A stretch of DNA of 64,000 bases from Yuukianura sp. NJ FZ-2021 (taxonomy: Eukaryota). This document shows, in pieces, positions 12,701 through 27,098 of the stretch. The stretch is from positions 9,114,001-9,178,000 of the forward strand of contig CM102290.1 of assembly GCA_046563655.1 (NCBI GenBank). Reading direction: 5' to 3'. The notes beneath the pieces are model-generated. The model did not search any database and was not told the DNA's origin. It saw only the letters and a program-made list of their open reading frames with translations. A program made the translations under genes and the position numbers. Every line of letters starts with the position of its first letter. Position 1 is the first letter of the stretch.

Positions 12701-15700
12701 TTTTTTCTGAGAAACTGTAGCGGCGGATGCCAGAGGTAGAGACATTTTGAAAGGCACTCTCCAACGCTATCACTTTCAAAAGTGTGATAAAAGAGAAAAG
12801 CGGAAGCCATACTTCTGTTTAAAATGTACTCGAGCTCAAATCTAGAAATCTAAAAAATGAAACTAAAAGAAAAAACGGAGGACCAACTGAGTGTCTCTCC
12901 GGGCCTACGGTTTTCGTCCTGCTAGGAATGTTGTACAAGCCAAAAGAGTATACTGGATGCTAAAGCAATCGTTGAGGGATTGGATGACCCCTTAAAGGGT
13001 CAAGAACCTCCATGCCAAGGACTCACCTGGACGACTCAGGCTGGAAACCAAGTCTCCGCCTGTTGGGCTTCCCCCTTCGTCCTCCTCTTCCGGAATTGTG
13101 TACACTTCTCCTGGACTATGATCAAAGAATCCAGTACTGGGCTCTGACGAAGGCTGAATGATTCGCTCCTCCTCCTGATCACTGTCACTCTCCGACGCCT
13201 CGTCAGAAGAACTCTTGTACTCGTTGTCCAGTTCATACTCTTGGACAACAATTGCCTTTCTTTGGGGCGGGAACTTGGAATCGGGAGACAAGGGAGAGTC
13301 TCCTGGACTCTGAATCAGTGAAATTGGAGAGGGGAGAGGACTTAGGCTCTCGAAGGACTTCTGAGGGCTCATTCTTGGGGAGGGAGACTTGGGGAATGGT
13401 TCTTGAGCTTCCTCGAGTTCCCGCTGTTCTCGACGCTTGACACTGTAGGACTCTACGGCGGACTGAAGTTTGTTAAACTCTTGCATGAGCGCACTTTCTT
13501 CAGCTGGAGTCGTCGGAATAGCCGACATTGTTAACGCTGCCGAAGTGGCTGGAGGAGGAAAGTCGTGTCCATTGAAGGGAGAGCCCATGTCCGTCTCGTC
13601 GTGTGTTGGGTCGGGGCTAATGGAGCGACTAGGCAATTGAACACAAGAAGGCTTTGCGATGCTAGCTGAGGCAGGGACAGAAGAAGTGCTCATGCTCTGA
13701 CTCTGGGGAGAGGGAAACATGGCGGAGGGGGAGGAATGTGCAAGGGACGTGGGAACACAATCTAGGTCTAGAGGAGGGGACGCGCTAAGCCTATCGCTCT
13801 CCTCAGCGCCAATTTTAAGTTCCATCGTTTCGTCGTCGTGTGCCGCCTCCAATTCAAAACTACCTCTGCCATCATCTGTCCATTGAGGGCGCTGCTGAGA
13901 CCCACCTTGGAGTTGTCCCTGAGAGAGACCCACGCCTGTTGCCCCACCGCTCCCTCGTCGTCCGCTTTCCCAGTCACCCTGCTACACAAATGTAGGGAAT
14001 TCAGTTAGTGGGGGTTAGGGAAACCGGACTTACTGAACATACCCCGCTCGAACCCATCGGCTTTCCTTGGCCACCGTAGGGGCTCACCCCCTGCCGTTGA
14101 GCCATCACCTGACCTTGGCCCATTGGATTCCCACCGGCAGCAATGACTCGGCGTCGCTTTATGCAGTTGCCACAGGTCCATTCGGGGCGCTGCAAATCAG
14201 AAAAGAAAACGTCAGTATTTAGCTTAGGATCAAAATCATCAATTTTTCCGGAAATGATAGTAACTGTCTCATTTCCAGGAAACAAGGGACTGTTGCCCGT
14301 TACGCTTTGTCTCCTTTTACATGGGAATCTTCCACGTTAGTACAATTAAGGACTTGCTTAAAATTTTTTTTGTCATTTAGTATATACTACTTGACTTATA
14401 CCAAAGAAATGTTTTTCAAAATTAAAGGGAAAATATGATTATTTTTGTTCACAGGAAAAGAGCAAGTGGCCATAATTTCGCAACATTTCAATCGATTCCG
14501 CAACTCTAAAAAACCGAAAATTACAGAAATTGATTGATTGATTTCCTATAAGTTGGAGCTAATGAATCCGTTTAATTTTATCAAAGATTTTGAATATTTC
14601 CGCAAACTGAGTGACAGGGAGATAATAGTCAAGAGTTGATTGACATTTGAGCAATTTCCAGTGACACAATTTTAAGCCAAAACGCAGCAGTATTGCATTA
14701 CATCAAATGAAGTACGGAGATTGGGCCTGTCATAGCTGCTTTTACTTCATTTTTCATTGATATCGGAAGTTGAAAAGGAGAAAATCGATTTTAGGAAAAG
14801 ATATTCGTTTTGGCTTCTCAGCTACAGCTCTATTCATCGTTTTCCAACTGTAATAACTCTGCAACGTCATTTATAAAATAACCTAAAAATCTTTTCATTG
14901 GAACAGTATAAAATAATTTTTTAGACATTGGGCTGAACATGCAGTACATAAGAGTCGGATTTGTAGGAAACGGAAGAGAGAAAGTGTTTTAAAGTCCACT
15001 CATTTTGTTCAGAAAAGGCACAAGAATAAGATGAAATTTATTTTTGTAGGAGAAAGTTGTGAGATTTTTTTGAAATTCTTTGTCTGGGAAAAGGCATAGG
15101 CTTATTCCCTCCGCTCCAAGTTTTCTGTTTCTCCTAGCTTTCTCTCTCCAGTTTCCTGATGAAGACTAGTTTCCAAGATTTTAAAGAAGAAAAAAGTTAG
15201 TTTCTAGTAGGTCTGACTGGTGTGGGCCTCAACTTTCCTGTGGGATCCAAGTAGATTGTCTTTTTATCAACTTTATCCTATTGTGATAGAGGCTCTCTCT
15301 GTAGTACCTTGCATCTCATGAATATTTAGAGTCACCTCCCCAGTTGTAGGGAAACTGTAAAATAGCTGGGTTCTTGTCTCCTGCTGCCCTGGACTTGTCT
15401 TCCTACAAGGAAGATTAAGTGTGGATGAGAAGCATAATTGGGCAACAAAGGTTCTTTACTCATGTTCCACCCAAGAGAAACGGAAGTAGTGCAGGAGGGC
15501 CCTTAAGTACTCCACCACTGCCCATAACCCTCACACGGGCCTTTTTTCCTTCTTAATATTTACAACCGTGCACTACTCAAAATCATGTTCGTCTCCGCCA
15601 TGTAACTACACTCATTCCTTATTTATGAAGTCTTAAAAGGGAGGAATGTGCCGCGGAGAAAGTTGATTAAAATGTGCTTGTCGCTCTCATTTCAAAGTAA

Positions 15701-18700
15701 GCCAGGAATGGATTAACAATTTTGAAATAAAAATACTTCACAAAAGTCACGGAATGGGATAAAATACGAACCTGCGAGTTTGTTTTTGCTTGCAGCTATC
15801 TTGGTTACGAAATTGAACCCAAGAAGAAAATTTATCCGTAAAAGTGGCCGATATTAAAATTTTAGAAGCACTAAAGAGCATTATTTTCAGGGAATTACAG
15901 TGTTTGTCAAGATTTGTCTTCGTATTTTGTTTATCTGAAATTGGGACAATGATGTCGAAATTTTGAATAATATGAATTACTATGATTAAATATCCTAGGA
16001 AACTAAAAATGCCTAGAAAGGAGGTCAATTTCATCAGGTTTTGAAAGTTTTGTTGTGTGGGTTGCTGGAATCTTTTGTAAAGTGGAGCATTCAAAGTAAT
16101 GAGGTCAAGTGAACCGAAAACAGAAGCATGAGTACGAATCCTAGACCAAACGTTAGCTCCTTTGGAAGATGTTGAATGGAAACGTTGCAATGAATGGACC
16201 CACAATGGTGGTAGCCATGATTTTGGCGGGGCAATGGAGTTTGCTCCTTTTGCACGATAGTTGGAGCCCTGCAGAAGCGGCGGGGCAGTTGGTTAATGGA
16301 ATGAATGGGGGCCTTTCTTTGAAGATGGCGGTGCCTGGGAAAATGGAACTTTCTCTCGTATCATCTTCCGTGGCATTTGGTAGGGTTTCCTCTGCTTCCT
16401 TCCCTTGGTCTCCCGACGTCCTTTGAGGAAATCGATACACTTCTGCTCTAGTCTTCCTTCCAGAACTAGAAAGGACTCTTGGGCGGAGGACTTTGAGGTT
16501 CAAAAAAAGTTGGACGAAGGGAGTAAGGGCTCAGATTCAAAGTTAGGGCAAGCTTACGAGTCCTAATCTATCATAACCTCTTCCCCTTCCAGCCACTTTT
16601 CCTCCGCACACCAAGATGGATCATCCTCCCAAATTTTCCAAGACATTGAGATCACAGCATCCTCTAGTCATCCCACTTGCATACGCCTTTACATTTTTCT
16701 ACCCCATTTGCATGTTCCCCCAGAGTAAGAACATGGGTAAATGGTTGGAAACGGAAATGTAGCAATTACGGGGATTTCAAATACGTCCACTTAGAAGACG
16801 CTAGAACTTACTCTACGCTGGAAATTTATTCGCCCACAATCTACTTTGAATTTCTTGGGTTGAACGCCAACTTATCGTTTGCAAAAATTGGCTAGCCGCT
16901 ACGAACGAAACAAACCGTTTACCTTAGTCTCCGGGTGAGTTGCAATTCCACCACACCGATTGCAAACCAGGCTTCGACATTCAGCACACTCCTGTGGTGG
17001 ATGTCCATCTCGACCACTTATCTACAAAAAGTTTTACACAAAATATGGGAATCAACAATACAATTCAAAATAAGTAAAAATTGCATCAATTCTAAACTAC
17101 TCTGTGTCTGGCGCCACATCTATCTATGCCCTGTTACTCCATCGTCCGTACTAGGACATCTTGGATGCGCCTCAGAATTGGAAAATTGAAGCTTTCAAAT
17201 GTCATTTTGCACGATTCCATATTATACGTAAGAAAATTAGGAGTAGGTCCTCCAAAGCGTCAAGAATGGGAAATGTATGCAGTAACTGAATGTAGTTCTG
17301 GTTTTCCATCTTGAGGAATCCAGGGAGGATCTTCGCCTTTTGCCTTATACTGCTTTCTCCAAAAAAACAATGGGACACAAGAAGGACTCGCTTTCTTTTC
17401 CAGACAAGCCTTTCTGCCATTCCCTATTTACTTTGCAATTCAAATGTACAATGTAAAAACGAATTCCTTTTTTGTTTTACTCTCCGCGTTTTAAAGAGAA
17501 AGCTATTAGAAAGATGTATGCTTCCTTTGTGGCACAACAAATACTTCCAAATTCTAAGTGCAAATCATGGCTCCCGCTCTCCTAAATAAATGGGGTCAGT
17601 GAAAGGTCAAGAGGCAAGGGAGGCTGTTTTCTCAAAAGAAAAAAAACATTGAAAGCCAAACTTCTGCCAAGTTCCACCAGATTCAAAGTCGTCCTTTCTC
17701 TGTTCAGTTTCAAGTGTTTCGATGTTGTTTGTGTTAAAGGAAAATTGAAAGTGGCACTTACATCACGTTGTCTGCAGAGAGGGCATAGTCTTCCACCAAA
17801 CTCTCCACCAGTCGGCATAACACCTTGACCTCCTACCATTGTCCCCGCCAGTCTCTGATCATCGGGTCTATCCGAATGGAACCGAAAAGAAAAAAAAAGT
17901 AGTCCAAATTTAGACGCTGATGCTTAATGAGGTCTTGCCAAAGTCAAATGTTTGGAATTCGTGACTAGGAATTAATCTTCTGCGGCTGAAGGGAATACCA
18001 CCGGAAGATGAGTCTATTTGAAAGAACATAGTCTAAGCATGTAGCCATTTCTTTCCCTTAGCTTGAGGAACTTTCGTGGCAAAGTCCTCAGTCTCAGCGG
18101 TTATTAGGATGAACAGAACTGATGAAAAACTTGATTGGGAAGTAGTGCTGATTGGGCTCAAATAATGGTCGCAGAAAGCAAGCAAAAGTAAGGAAACGTG
18201 AAAAGAAAACGACGAAATAAGATTTTCCATAAGCTGAAGATGTTATGCCGCAAGTCAAATATTCAGTGTCAAATTTGTTGCGGTTGGAAGGGAATGCGTC
18301 TTTCATAAAATAGGGACACAAATTTCCCAATGGAATAAAAAGAACATGGCTTCGCACAGTTTCCTACTATTCGACAACCTTGGACTGAAACTGAAGAGGC
18401 TCCTCGGCCCTTATTACGTTATGTCAGAGGATCCTGGTGTGGTATTACTTTCTTGTAATGCACATTTGATCAGCCTCCTTTGGCATTCGGCAAGGAAGTT
18501 AGATACAAAGCAGGCAGGACTTCAAAATGCCCAACGACGATTCGAGGCATAAGAAGCCATCTCAAGTTTTTTATTTTTCTCAAAGGTTCGCGCGTTTCTC
18601 TTTGGTCCAGATTAACGACGACGGGCGACGTCCTTGGAATGAGTCACGGTTTTGGCTTTCTCTAAGAAAAACTTCCAACTTAAGAAGCTTGGAAACGTGA

Positions 18701-21700
18701 GGAGGCATGCTTTTCCGGACAAAAAAAAATGGCCTCCGTGGAACAACTGAAGAGGCGAGATTGAAAAAGAAAGCAAAGTTACTTGTCTTTTCGCTTTCTT
18801 CGAATAACAAAATCATGAAGTTTACGTGCTGAAGTTAAAAATTAAAAAAAAATCGCAAATCCGCATAAATTTCAAAAGAGCCAGTAGTCAACCTATACTC
18901 ACTCAATGAAAGTCCATGGTTAACTCAACCTCAAATTCTGGCATAATCCTGTGAAGAAAGTAGATAATGTCATTTTGTCAATAGAAAGTTTTGCCTACTC
19001 AAATTATACTTTGTGTTTTCGAAAATTTTCTTTTTGCAAAATAAATTTTGGTCATTTTATTATGAAATCATGAAACGGAACTTTCTCTTTCATGTTAATT
19101 CGTGATTTGTTTTAGATTAGATTGGATGACTGGAATGAAGAAGACGTTTTCAAAAAAAAAATATTAAATTGTGCTTTGCTATACAGCTTACGAATGTTCT
19201 AATTTTGTCGAGTACAGAACCCTACTAAAGACAATGCTTTTGTAATGGGCAAACTGAGTGAGGCGAGGACTTTGTAAAAGTGATGGGCCTAATGTGGTGT
19301 CGTCGGAAGGAAATCCAGCCCTTCATCGGCTAGCCTAACTGTCGAGGCGGTGTGAAGTGAAAGTCCTCTAGCCAGTATAGTGTGTTCCAATCTCATGTAA
19401 TCTTGCCCACTGTCTCTTGTCACAGCGTCCATTCTTCCTGGAACTGTCCTTATGCCTTCCCTTGGTTGCCACAAGACCTAGCGTAGGTCCACCTCGGTTC
19501 AAATTTCTCAAAAGAGTCATCAGAGCCCCTTTCCCTTGAGAACACAGTCAATTTACCAAAAGGAAAACTCTCTTTGCCTTTCCATTAGGCCACTTTTCCT
19601 CTGGACATGAAAAAAAAAGTTAAGGTAAAGAGACAAATGTGTTAGAAGAAAATTGAATGAAGTCATTTCATCCGCTCATATCAATAACACCAAAATCCAC
19701 AAACGGAACCTATTTTAGTCCCACTTTTACTCAACCTTTTGTTTTTATTTTTTCAAAAACAAGGAAAAGCTGTAATCAAAATCTCTTTTGAAAGCGGAAG
19801 CTTTTCATATGCACTAAATATAAGTATCACCTTGGTTTAGAAGAAATTCGATCTGACAAAAACTTTTTTTATATAAACTCAAATTCAAGGACTTCCTTTG
19901 TATCTCATTCGTTTTGATCTTTTCTTTTAGAACGAAGTGGAATCCCCTTTGGAAACAGTTTTACTTCATATTTTTAAAACAAACTTTAGTTGTAAGTACG
20001 TTCCGTTATCAAGTTTAAACAATTTTAGAAATAGAACCGAAAGTTCATAGAAATGAAAAAAATTCAAAAATTGCTCAAACCTTCTACCATCATCAGTTGA
20101 ATCAAGTTAGACAAAAAAAAATTCAAAAGGCCCAATAGTGTCGTATTTCAATTTATAAAAAAAGAAAGACTTTTTTCAGAAATGCTGCAGATTTGATTAA
20201 TCTCGAATTCCAAACTTTGTACAAAGGCATATACCTCATGTGTTCATACCATTTTGGAGTAATAGTAATTTTCTTAGGAAATTTGTGGAGTCTCACCTTC
20301 TGGAAGGACCTTGTTGTGCTGGAATGGGTGGAGCGTCTTGTTCCAGTTGTTGAGCTTTGGCCATGACATTTTCAATCATCGCTCGTTCCTCAGCACTAAG
20401 ATCCATAAGACTTAGGTCCAAATCCGGAACTGGAGCTGCAGTGCTCCCACTCCCTACGAATAACAAATAAATCAAACATTTCTAATCACACATGGACACA
20501 GACGGGGCCAAAAAACTTTAGTGACGCGTCTTTGGACTTTGGAGAGGACAAAAGGCCACAAACGGCTTTTTGAACAAACGAAAGTTCAACGGAGCTTAAG
20601 GTAATTGGAAGATTAATGCCCCCTTTGACATTGGAATCATTAGGAGAGACTGCTCGTATTGGAATCACCAGGGATATGAAGACTTGCCAAAAAAATGGAA
20701 AAAAGAACCTGGTTGGCACAATATAACTATTAAATCGATGAAAATCTCTACCCAGGAACATAGTCTCTTTTGCAAATAATATCCCCATTACGCTCCTCTT
20801 TAAGGACCTCAACACTCCCCGCCCAGCCTCACTTCCAGCACGAGGCAGGCCAAGAATCACCAATTTTGTGCCACTTTGATCCCTAACTCTCCAAAATAAA
20901 TTTTTGTTTGAACCCATTCAACGTTATTATTAAAAATGAAAAGAGGGAAAGTTCGGAGGAGAAAGGCAGATCTGCATGAGATGAGCAATTTCAGGAATCT
21001 CATCTGAAAACAATTTTGCGGTTACAAATCTTCAAAATTTGGCATGGGACGACGAAGTAATCTCCCAACTTCGACCACTACTGTGTAAATCATCATGTAC
21101 AAACTGGGATGACCAGTAGTACGTTTGAAATGAATAAAAATTACTAGAATTGGAAATACATGAGGCCAGAAATGGTTGTCTACGTTTCAAAGTTTAGTTG
21201 AAAATGTATGTTAGGCTAACATGAGTCCATTTCCCGTGGGATCTGGACTTGGCATATGGAGAGCGTGGAGTGGACTGTGAATTGAGGTGTGATTTAGGAT
21301 TGGATTGTTCAGAGAAGGTAATTTGTGGTTAACAGAAGTGGATGGATCTTGCTTAATTAAGTAGGACGAACAGTAGAAAGCCTTGGGAGACTGAAAGTGA
21401 GCGAAGGAAATGAGGCTGCAGATGCTGCTGGAATTATCAGTTCGTTCTACGTGCTTTTCGCATGCCTTCCAGAACTGTTCGTACAAGGACCCCGTGCCCT
21501 GCATTTGAGCTTTGAGAGAGCCTCAGTTGGTGGTTGAGGAGCTGAGAAAGTTCTAATGAAATCCAGGAGAAAGTATCCAGTCGGAGTATGCCCAGGAGAC
21601 AAGCGAACTGCGGGGATTCACACCAAACAACAAAGAACACTCCACTGCCAAGTTTCGGCCTAAACGAAACAAAGTGACAACCGACACAAAGAGTTCCTAC

Positions 21701-24700
21701 ACTCGTCCATGACCTTAGTTTTTACCACTCCTGGAATCATTCAGCAATAATTTAGCACTGCTCGGTAGCACTCGAAAGGGAAACATATTATATAGGAAAT
21801 TGCAAAATTGATTGCATTTTCCAGAATTTTAAATGATTAAGCCGTTGATTGACCTTTGATTGAAGTTTGGGGTCACGTGAGTCTCGGCTTGTTTAAAAAT
21901 TGCATGGAATCCTACGTGATACTTTTACAAGCTGCTTTTGTTTCTGTTCAGAGTCACAAGGGACAAGAAACAGGAGTTTCACTTGAAAATGTTGAAAGTT
22001 GTGGACGTCTCACTGGAATGTTAAAACAATTTTAGTAAATAAAATCAAGAAATGTATAAAAGAAAAACCCTTTCTTTCATATTTCAAAAGTAAAAGCTAG
22101 TTTCAGTTTTGTGTCAAAAGTTTAACAAGAGAAAGAACTTCCAACGCGGAGCGGAAAGACATCAATTTTATTGTTGTTCTGTTTGGACCAATAAAAACTT
22201 ACTCGACACTGATCTGCATCCATCCGTCGCAGTTTTTTGGACTTTATGAAGAATATAAGCTAGCTTGTTTTTTTACAGAATTTCCGAACAGACTTCGAGC
22301 CTTTTCGCATAAAATGAAAACATAAAAGGTAAATTCTATTGAGACTTATTATTTTCCAGTAAGAGACGCAAAGTCTAGTGTAATGCAACGGAAACAATGG
22401 AAAGAATGTTTGTAATAATCCGTTTGTTTCAGACACATAAGTCTTCCTTTCGTATTTTAATCCAGAGAAAGCAGAAATCGATTTCTATTCCATTCTTCTC
22501 CTGTACAGCGTCTCTTATCCCTGGAAATCGGCAGAGAGAAAGTTTTCCCTGTAGCTATTGCGCCAGTGTACTAAGATATACACAAGTTTATTGCAATATA
22601 TAGATTTACAAAAAACCAATATTTCCTTTTCGCTTTCTAACTGGTCTTAAAGTGTTAATAAAGTGTGTAAAATAAACTGTTAATTAAAAGCTAAGAAACG
22701 CCACATGCTACATACAAGAGGCAAGGCTTCCACTGTCTCGAAAGTTCTTCAAACTTTCACCTACAATTTTGGTCAACTTTGTTTACATTGAGTTGTAAAT
22801 GTGAATGTATGAATCGAACTAAAGGATTTGTGATTTCGGTGGCGTTGACCTGAAGTGAAAGCGGAAAAAAACGTGATTCCTGGGAAATCGATAGAGACCA
22901 AAGTCATGAATTTGGCATTGGAAGATAATTGAAATGGGGTTTGATTAAAGGCTTTACATACAGGCCACCACCACCTTTGTCCCATGTGGGACCAGGAGAA
23001 AGCTAAGCACTCTGACCCTGTCCCGTCATAAATAAGCCCACTTCAAATCCACAAAGTAGCAGTCCTAACCTCCACTACACACATCTCATTTCCAAGGCAA
23101 AATCTCCGTTCGTCACGGAATATTGACTTATGCCTCACTCAACCGGACAATACAATAACCGTTCAATACAGTGGCTCCGCCTCAACTTAACTGTCATACT
23201 GTGTCAAATCATATGCCAAAAACACAATAAGCTTACAAAGTTTTGGAAAGTATTGACATTGGTTACGGTTGACGCCTCCTGAGCAGCCCAACTTCGATCT
23301 GAGAGGTTACCCATTTGTGTGTGAACTGGATTTACTACAACTCGGACATTGTTCGGATTTTGTATTGGAAAAGAGGGTAGTCGGTATGTTTGACCATGGT
23401 GACAAAGTAGACCTGGAGAAAGTTGAAACGGATTGTGGTTGGGAAAAGCCTGGCGGCGGTAAGACGTCTCTCCAGATCCGGGAAATGGATCTCTTAATCC
23501 CGAGTTGAGTCGGATAGTTTAACGAAGGAAGATCCAAGCCCTTGGACTCCTTGAGCATTACTCATTGGCAACAAGGAGTAGACGAGAGGGTTTAAATAAA
23601 TCAAGTCTAAGCCCCAATAAGGTTTCTCCAAGGAATTACCGAGCCCACGGAGCCTAACAGATGAAAGTCCCTTAAACACTTTGGACTCGGGGAGTTTGGA
23701 TTCGGGTTCTATTCTGGAAAAGTAATTTTCCTCTTTCGCTGCCTGAGACGCCTCATTCAGATTCTAAGTAAAAGTGAATCGATGATTCAATTATAAAGTG
23801 AAACGCGAACTCAAAGGATGGCTAATGTTAGAAGGATGCTTGTTTTGCTCAATAGTTGTTAAGGTCAACATGTAGAATTAATGGCATCATTATATTGAGA
23901 TATGTAACATCAAGTCTAAAATTAGGAAAGTTTTCACAATCGAGAAATTTGGAAAATTGAATGAATTGAACCAATTCGTATTACATCAACATCTGATTTA
24001 GATTTGCAGGCAAGTCCACGACTTTGAGCGCAGTTCACTTTGAACTTTGGCCGAACACAAAGATCATAGTTCACATTAAGTCAACCGGAAGAAGAGCTGG
24101 AGATACGACGTATAACCTTGAGATGAAGGTAGCCACAAAATGGAAAACGTCATTGCGAAATGAAAAATTTATTGGGATTTGGAAAGTAATGTTAAATGGC
24201 CGGAATCTGTTGCATGCCAACAAAAATCATTTCCAATCCTCCGACTCAAGGACCACAACTTTACGGTTGAAGCGACCAATGGAAACGTAAGCTCTCAACA
24301 TCAGTAAGTTTTGGTTTCTACGTTATTTACGTTATTCTTTTCCCAATGTTCGCAAAAGTAGAGAGAAACGGGATTAACTGAAAATAGAAATGAAAAAATC
24401 ATGAAGGAAGACAACCAAAGCCAGAAGTCATAAGCCGAAAGTCTTAAGATTGAAAACAAAGTGGAAAAACAAAAGGTCATGCCCCAACATACAGTCACTG
24501 AATAATAGAAAACTGATTGGGACTTGGACGTGGAAATTGAAAATAGAGTTTGTGTTGGATCATTCCATTCTTTACGACCTCGATCCCCGTGCTTTCTCAC
24601 ATTTCTAAACCAGAAAGCGAAGGGAATCCAATTTGCCAAAGAATATACAAAAAATTTGACTTGTCAAAACGTCAGTTACGAGATGATCAACGCTAATCTG

Positions 24701-27098
24701 GTTTCGTTTCGACTACGCGAAGCGTCGTTATTGACTACTGAAAATGAATCTCTTGTCTCAGGGAACTTGACGCTTCCGCCGCATCCAGTCAAAAGTTTCA
24801 CTACATCTTTGGAGTTGTCGTTATTCATTTTTGTCTGAAATATAAAAACGCGTATCGATTATGAAGGCAGGTACGCGTTTCATTTTTTTTAATACCAGTG
24901 CTATGTTTATGTAGCCTCTTGATGAATATGATTTGTGTTAATACCGTTTTTTAAAGTTTATATGCCAATATACTTTCGAAACTGCTCTGGAATATGAATT
25001 TGCCTTGACGTAATGTTGTACCGGAAGTGCATACTATAAATGAGTCAAATAAAACAGCAGAACTGTTAGATGAGTTCCTACTGACTAACTCGTGGACTCA
25101 ATTTTCCAAAGTGGAATCTTACATTCATTTGGGAATTGGTCCTATTAAGCCAAATAAACTGTTGGTAGGAATTTGAGTAGTTTGCTGTGTTGACACTTGC
25201 CTAACCAACCCCCTGGTTTCCAATTAAACAACCCATCATGACAGTTAACACGCATAAATGCCTGGCGTTTCCAGAATTCCAACCAAGCATATTGGACTGC
25301 CCAGGATGTTTGTGGACTAAACGCTCTCAAGGTTCCCTGGTGACTTTTGACCTGCAGATGATTGCTTTCTCCGCCTCCCCGTGAATGCAAAACACCGATC
25401 AAAGTGAAAAAAGGCATGAAACCTTAGGAAAAATTTAGGATCTTAGGCGACTAATAGGTTGGAGAGTGAAACTACCGTTGGCTAGAAGGTGCGATCTGAA
25501 GTGGAAAGTAATTAAAGCGCTCCTTGACTTTATTCTTTCTTGGCCCGGATTCAGGGCAAGTCAAGACAAAGTAATTAAAATCGACAGAGCCAATCCCAGA
25601 AAGAAAGCAGCTCCACAAAACCTCAAACTGTTTTCATCTTCCCAATCTTCTGGTCCACTAATGAACATTTCCAAACAATCCAACCGCAGAACGAACTTAG
25701 AAGTTTAAGATGAGACTGAAACAATAAACTTTCTTTCCTTAAGCGACTAAAAAGACACAAATTGAAAATTTTAGTCATTTTCAATTCTAGCTCGGGACAG
25801 GGAATGGGTTTTCACAATATTAATATTTTAGTAGAGTTATACTTTGGGGTGTCAAAAAAGTTTGAAGCGTCACCAAAGTCCCGTCTCAACACTTTAAGAT
25901 GAAATAAACATTTGGAAAAACATGACTAAACACTCAAGGGCCCACCGTGCTGCACGATTGCCTTTGGTCTAATGGAGACACGTTGCCTGCATCATTTTTA
26001 GGCCAATTTTACAGACGCATTTCAAAAATATTATATCATTGGTAGTTAAGATGAAACTGTTGTGCATTTCCTAACTATATTTTCTCTGCCACGCTCTTAA
26101 GGAAAAGGTCTCAGGCGAGTTGGTTATAAACTATAAGACTCATTTTTAAGCCTCCATTCACTGTACACATGACAGGAGAAAGTTATTCAAGCTGTCCCAG
26201 AAATCTCAACTTATTATTTATTTATCGACTATTATGCTTTCTTTCCTTTCTCCTAATGCTCCAACTTAAGGCTTTGTCAGCCGACGAGTTCTTCCTAAAT
26301 ATAAATTGCCACCAATTTCTTCCACCTCTGCATTCTAAACGATTTGGCCTCAATTCAGAGAGAGAACCAAAGAACCCCACTGTTCCACAAAAATAGTCTT
26401 GAGAGACTAGTGGCAACTTGGCAAGGAAACATTGAAAAAGAAAAGCACGACGGGCGCCGCGCCTTAAGGAAAGGAGACCATGTATTAACGCTGCTGGATC
26501 ACAGAGTGCCTTGTGATTAAGTTACTAAATAACAGTTTCCAGCAGCGGTTCCTTTGGAGTTAAAAACAGAGCTAAAACATTTACCTGAAGGAAGATGAGG
26601 TTGAGCTTTGTGTTGTTGAAAAGGCTGGCGTGGTTGAGGAGGACGTTGTTGCCGCATGCCCAGTTGTGTTTGCCCCATCGGTTGACCCGAGACGCCCATA
26701 GACGGTGGAGCAATACTTGGGCCACGGAATTGCATCTGAGAGCCTTGGCCCACCCCTTGCGGCGGCATTCCTCGGGGAACGCCCTGCATAGGCTGGGTTC
26801 CGTTATTATTGAAGCGGTGTGGCGTGCCTGGCCCGGTCATAGGCCTTGGTGGCCCACCAAACGTCGGTGGTCCACCACGGACGAGTCCAGGATTTGGTCT
26901 AGGCCCACTGAAGGTGGGAGCACCATAAGGCCTTGCTCCTGGAGCTTGGCCGGACGGACGAGTTTGAGGGTAGCCACCATCGAGAGGGCGAACCTGCTGC
27001 ATTCCAAAGGACTGCTGCTGACCCGGAACAGCCCCAGGCTGTTGGCCCTCCTCTGTCCCCATGATCGTATTGAGCATTTTACTTGCAAAGCTGAACAT
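105..27098 (-). CDS. RIM/Piccolo/Fife-family presynaptic active-zone scaffold protein (multi-exon, 3' end probably outside the window)
   Basis: Phase-consistent exon chain: 27098-26585, 20453-20297 (DLSLMDLSAEERAMIENVMAKAQ, like the RIM/Piccolo N-terminal helix), 17867-17762, 17021-16923, 14189-14043 (8-Cys Zn finger), 13978-13027, 11135-10684, 10211-9311, 9221-8448, 8370-8175, 8107-7935, 7491-6999, 6840-6681, 5751-~4866 (coiled coil EEKKQRIKAEIARRRQQLQE), 2421-2273, 2192-1892 and 1695-1587 (PDZ), 1383-1169, 1060-581, 509-393, 266-105 (C2). Optional exons between 13027-11135 and 4866-2421 are uncertain. Confidence 0.88.
1587..2075 (-). other. PDZ domain-coding exons of the RIM/Piccolo/Fife-like gene
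   Basis: YPFDTKRILLTKD...SLGLKIVGGKE...AAYVAKVYGG...VKEG|DVVLEWNGITLDNKTFEEVQTIIGNPEGEVELVLR. The second exon (1695-1587) is missing from the ORF track and was translated by hand. Confidence 0.9.
9420..9965 (-). repeat. Low-complexity CAG/CAA poly-Gln coding region
   Basis: Dense (tgc/tgt/ttg)n runs on the plus strand encode Q-rich tracts in the exon 10211-9311. Similar tracts lie at about 10684-10860. Confidence 0.9.
10296..10614. mobile_element. MITE-like long imperfect inverted repeat in an intron
   Basis: The left arm gggagatcgacagcaaaaacatt...aaagtcaatgcaaaaaa...aaaagtcgac mirrors the right arm gtcgacttttt...ttgcattgacttttt...aatgtttttgctgacgatctccc. Arms are about 130 bp, with no transposase-like coding sequence. 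Confidence 0.75.
14043..17867 (-). other. FYVE-related Zn finger (CPLC...CAEC..CNRC...CGNC) split over three exons
   Basis: Exons 17867-17762 (LCPLCRQRD), 17021-16923 (ISGRDGHPPQECAECRSLVCNRCGGIATHPETK) and 14189-14043 (RPEWTCGNCIKRRR) have canonical AG/GT boundaries and join in phase 0. Confidence 0.88.

Noticed and set aside
14300..26500. Many 60-150 aa ORFs in the large introns, as possible nested genes
   Set aside because: They have no recognisable domains, often non-ATG starts, and no coherent exon chains apart from the host exons listed.
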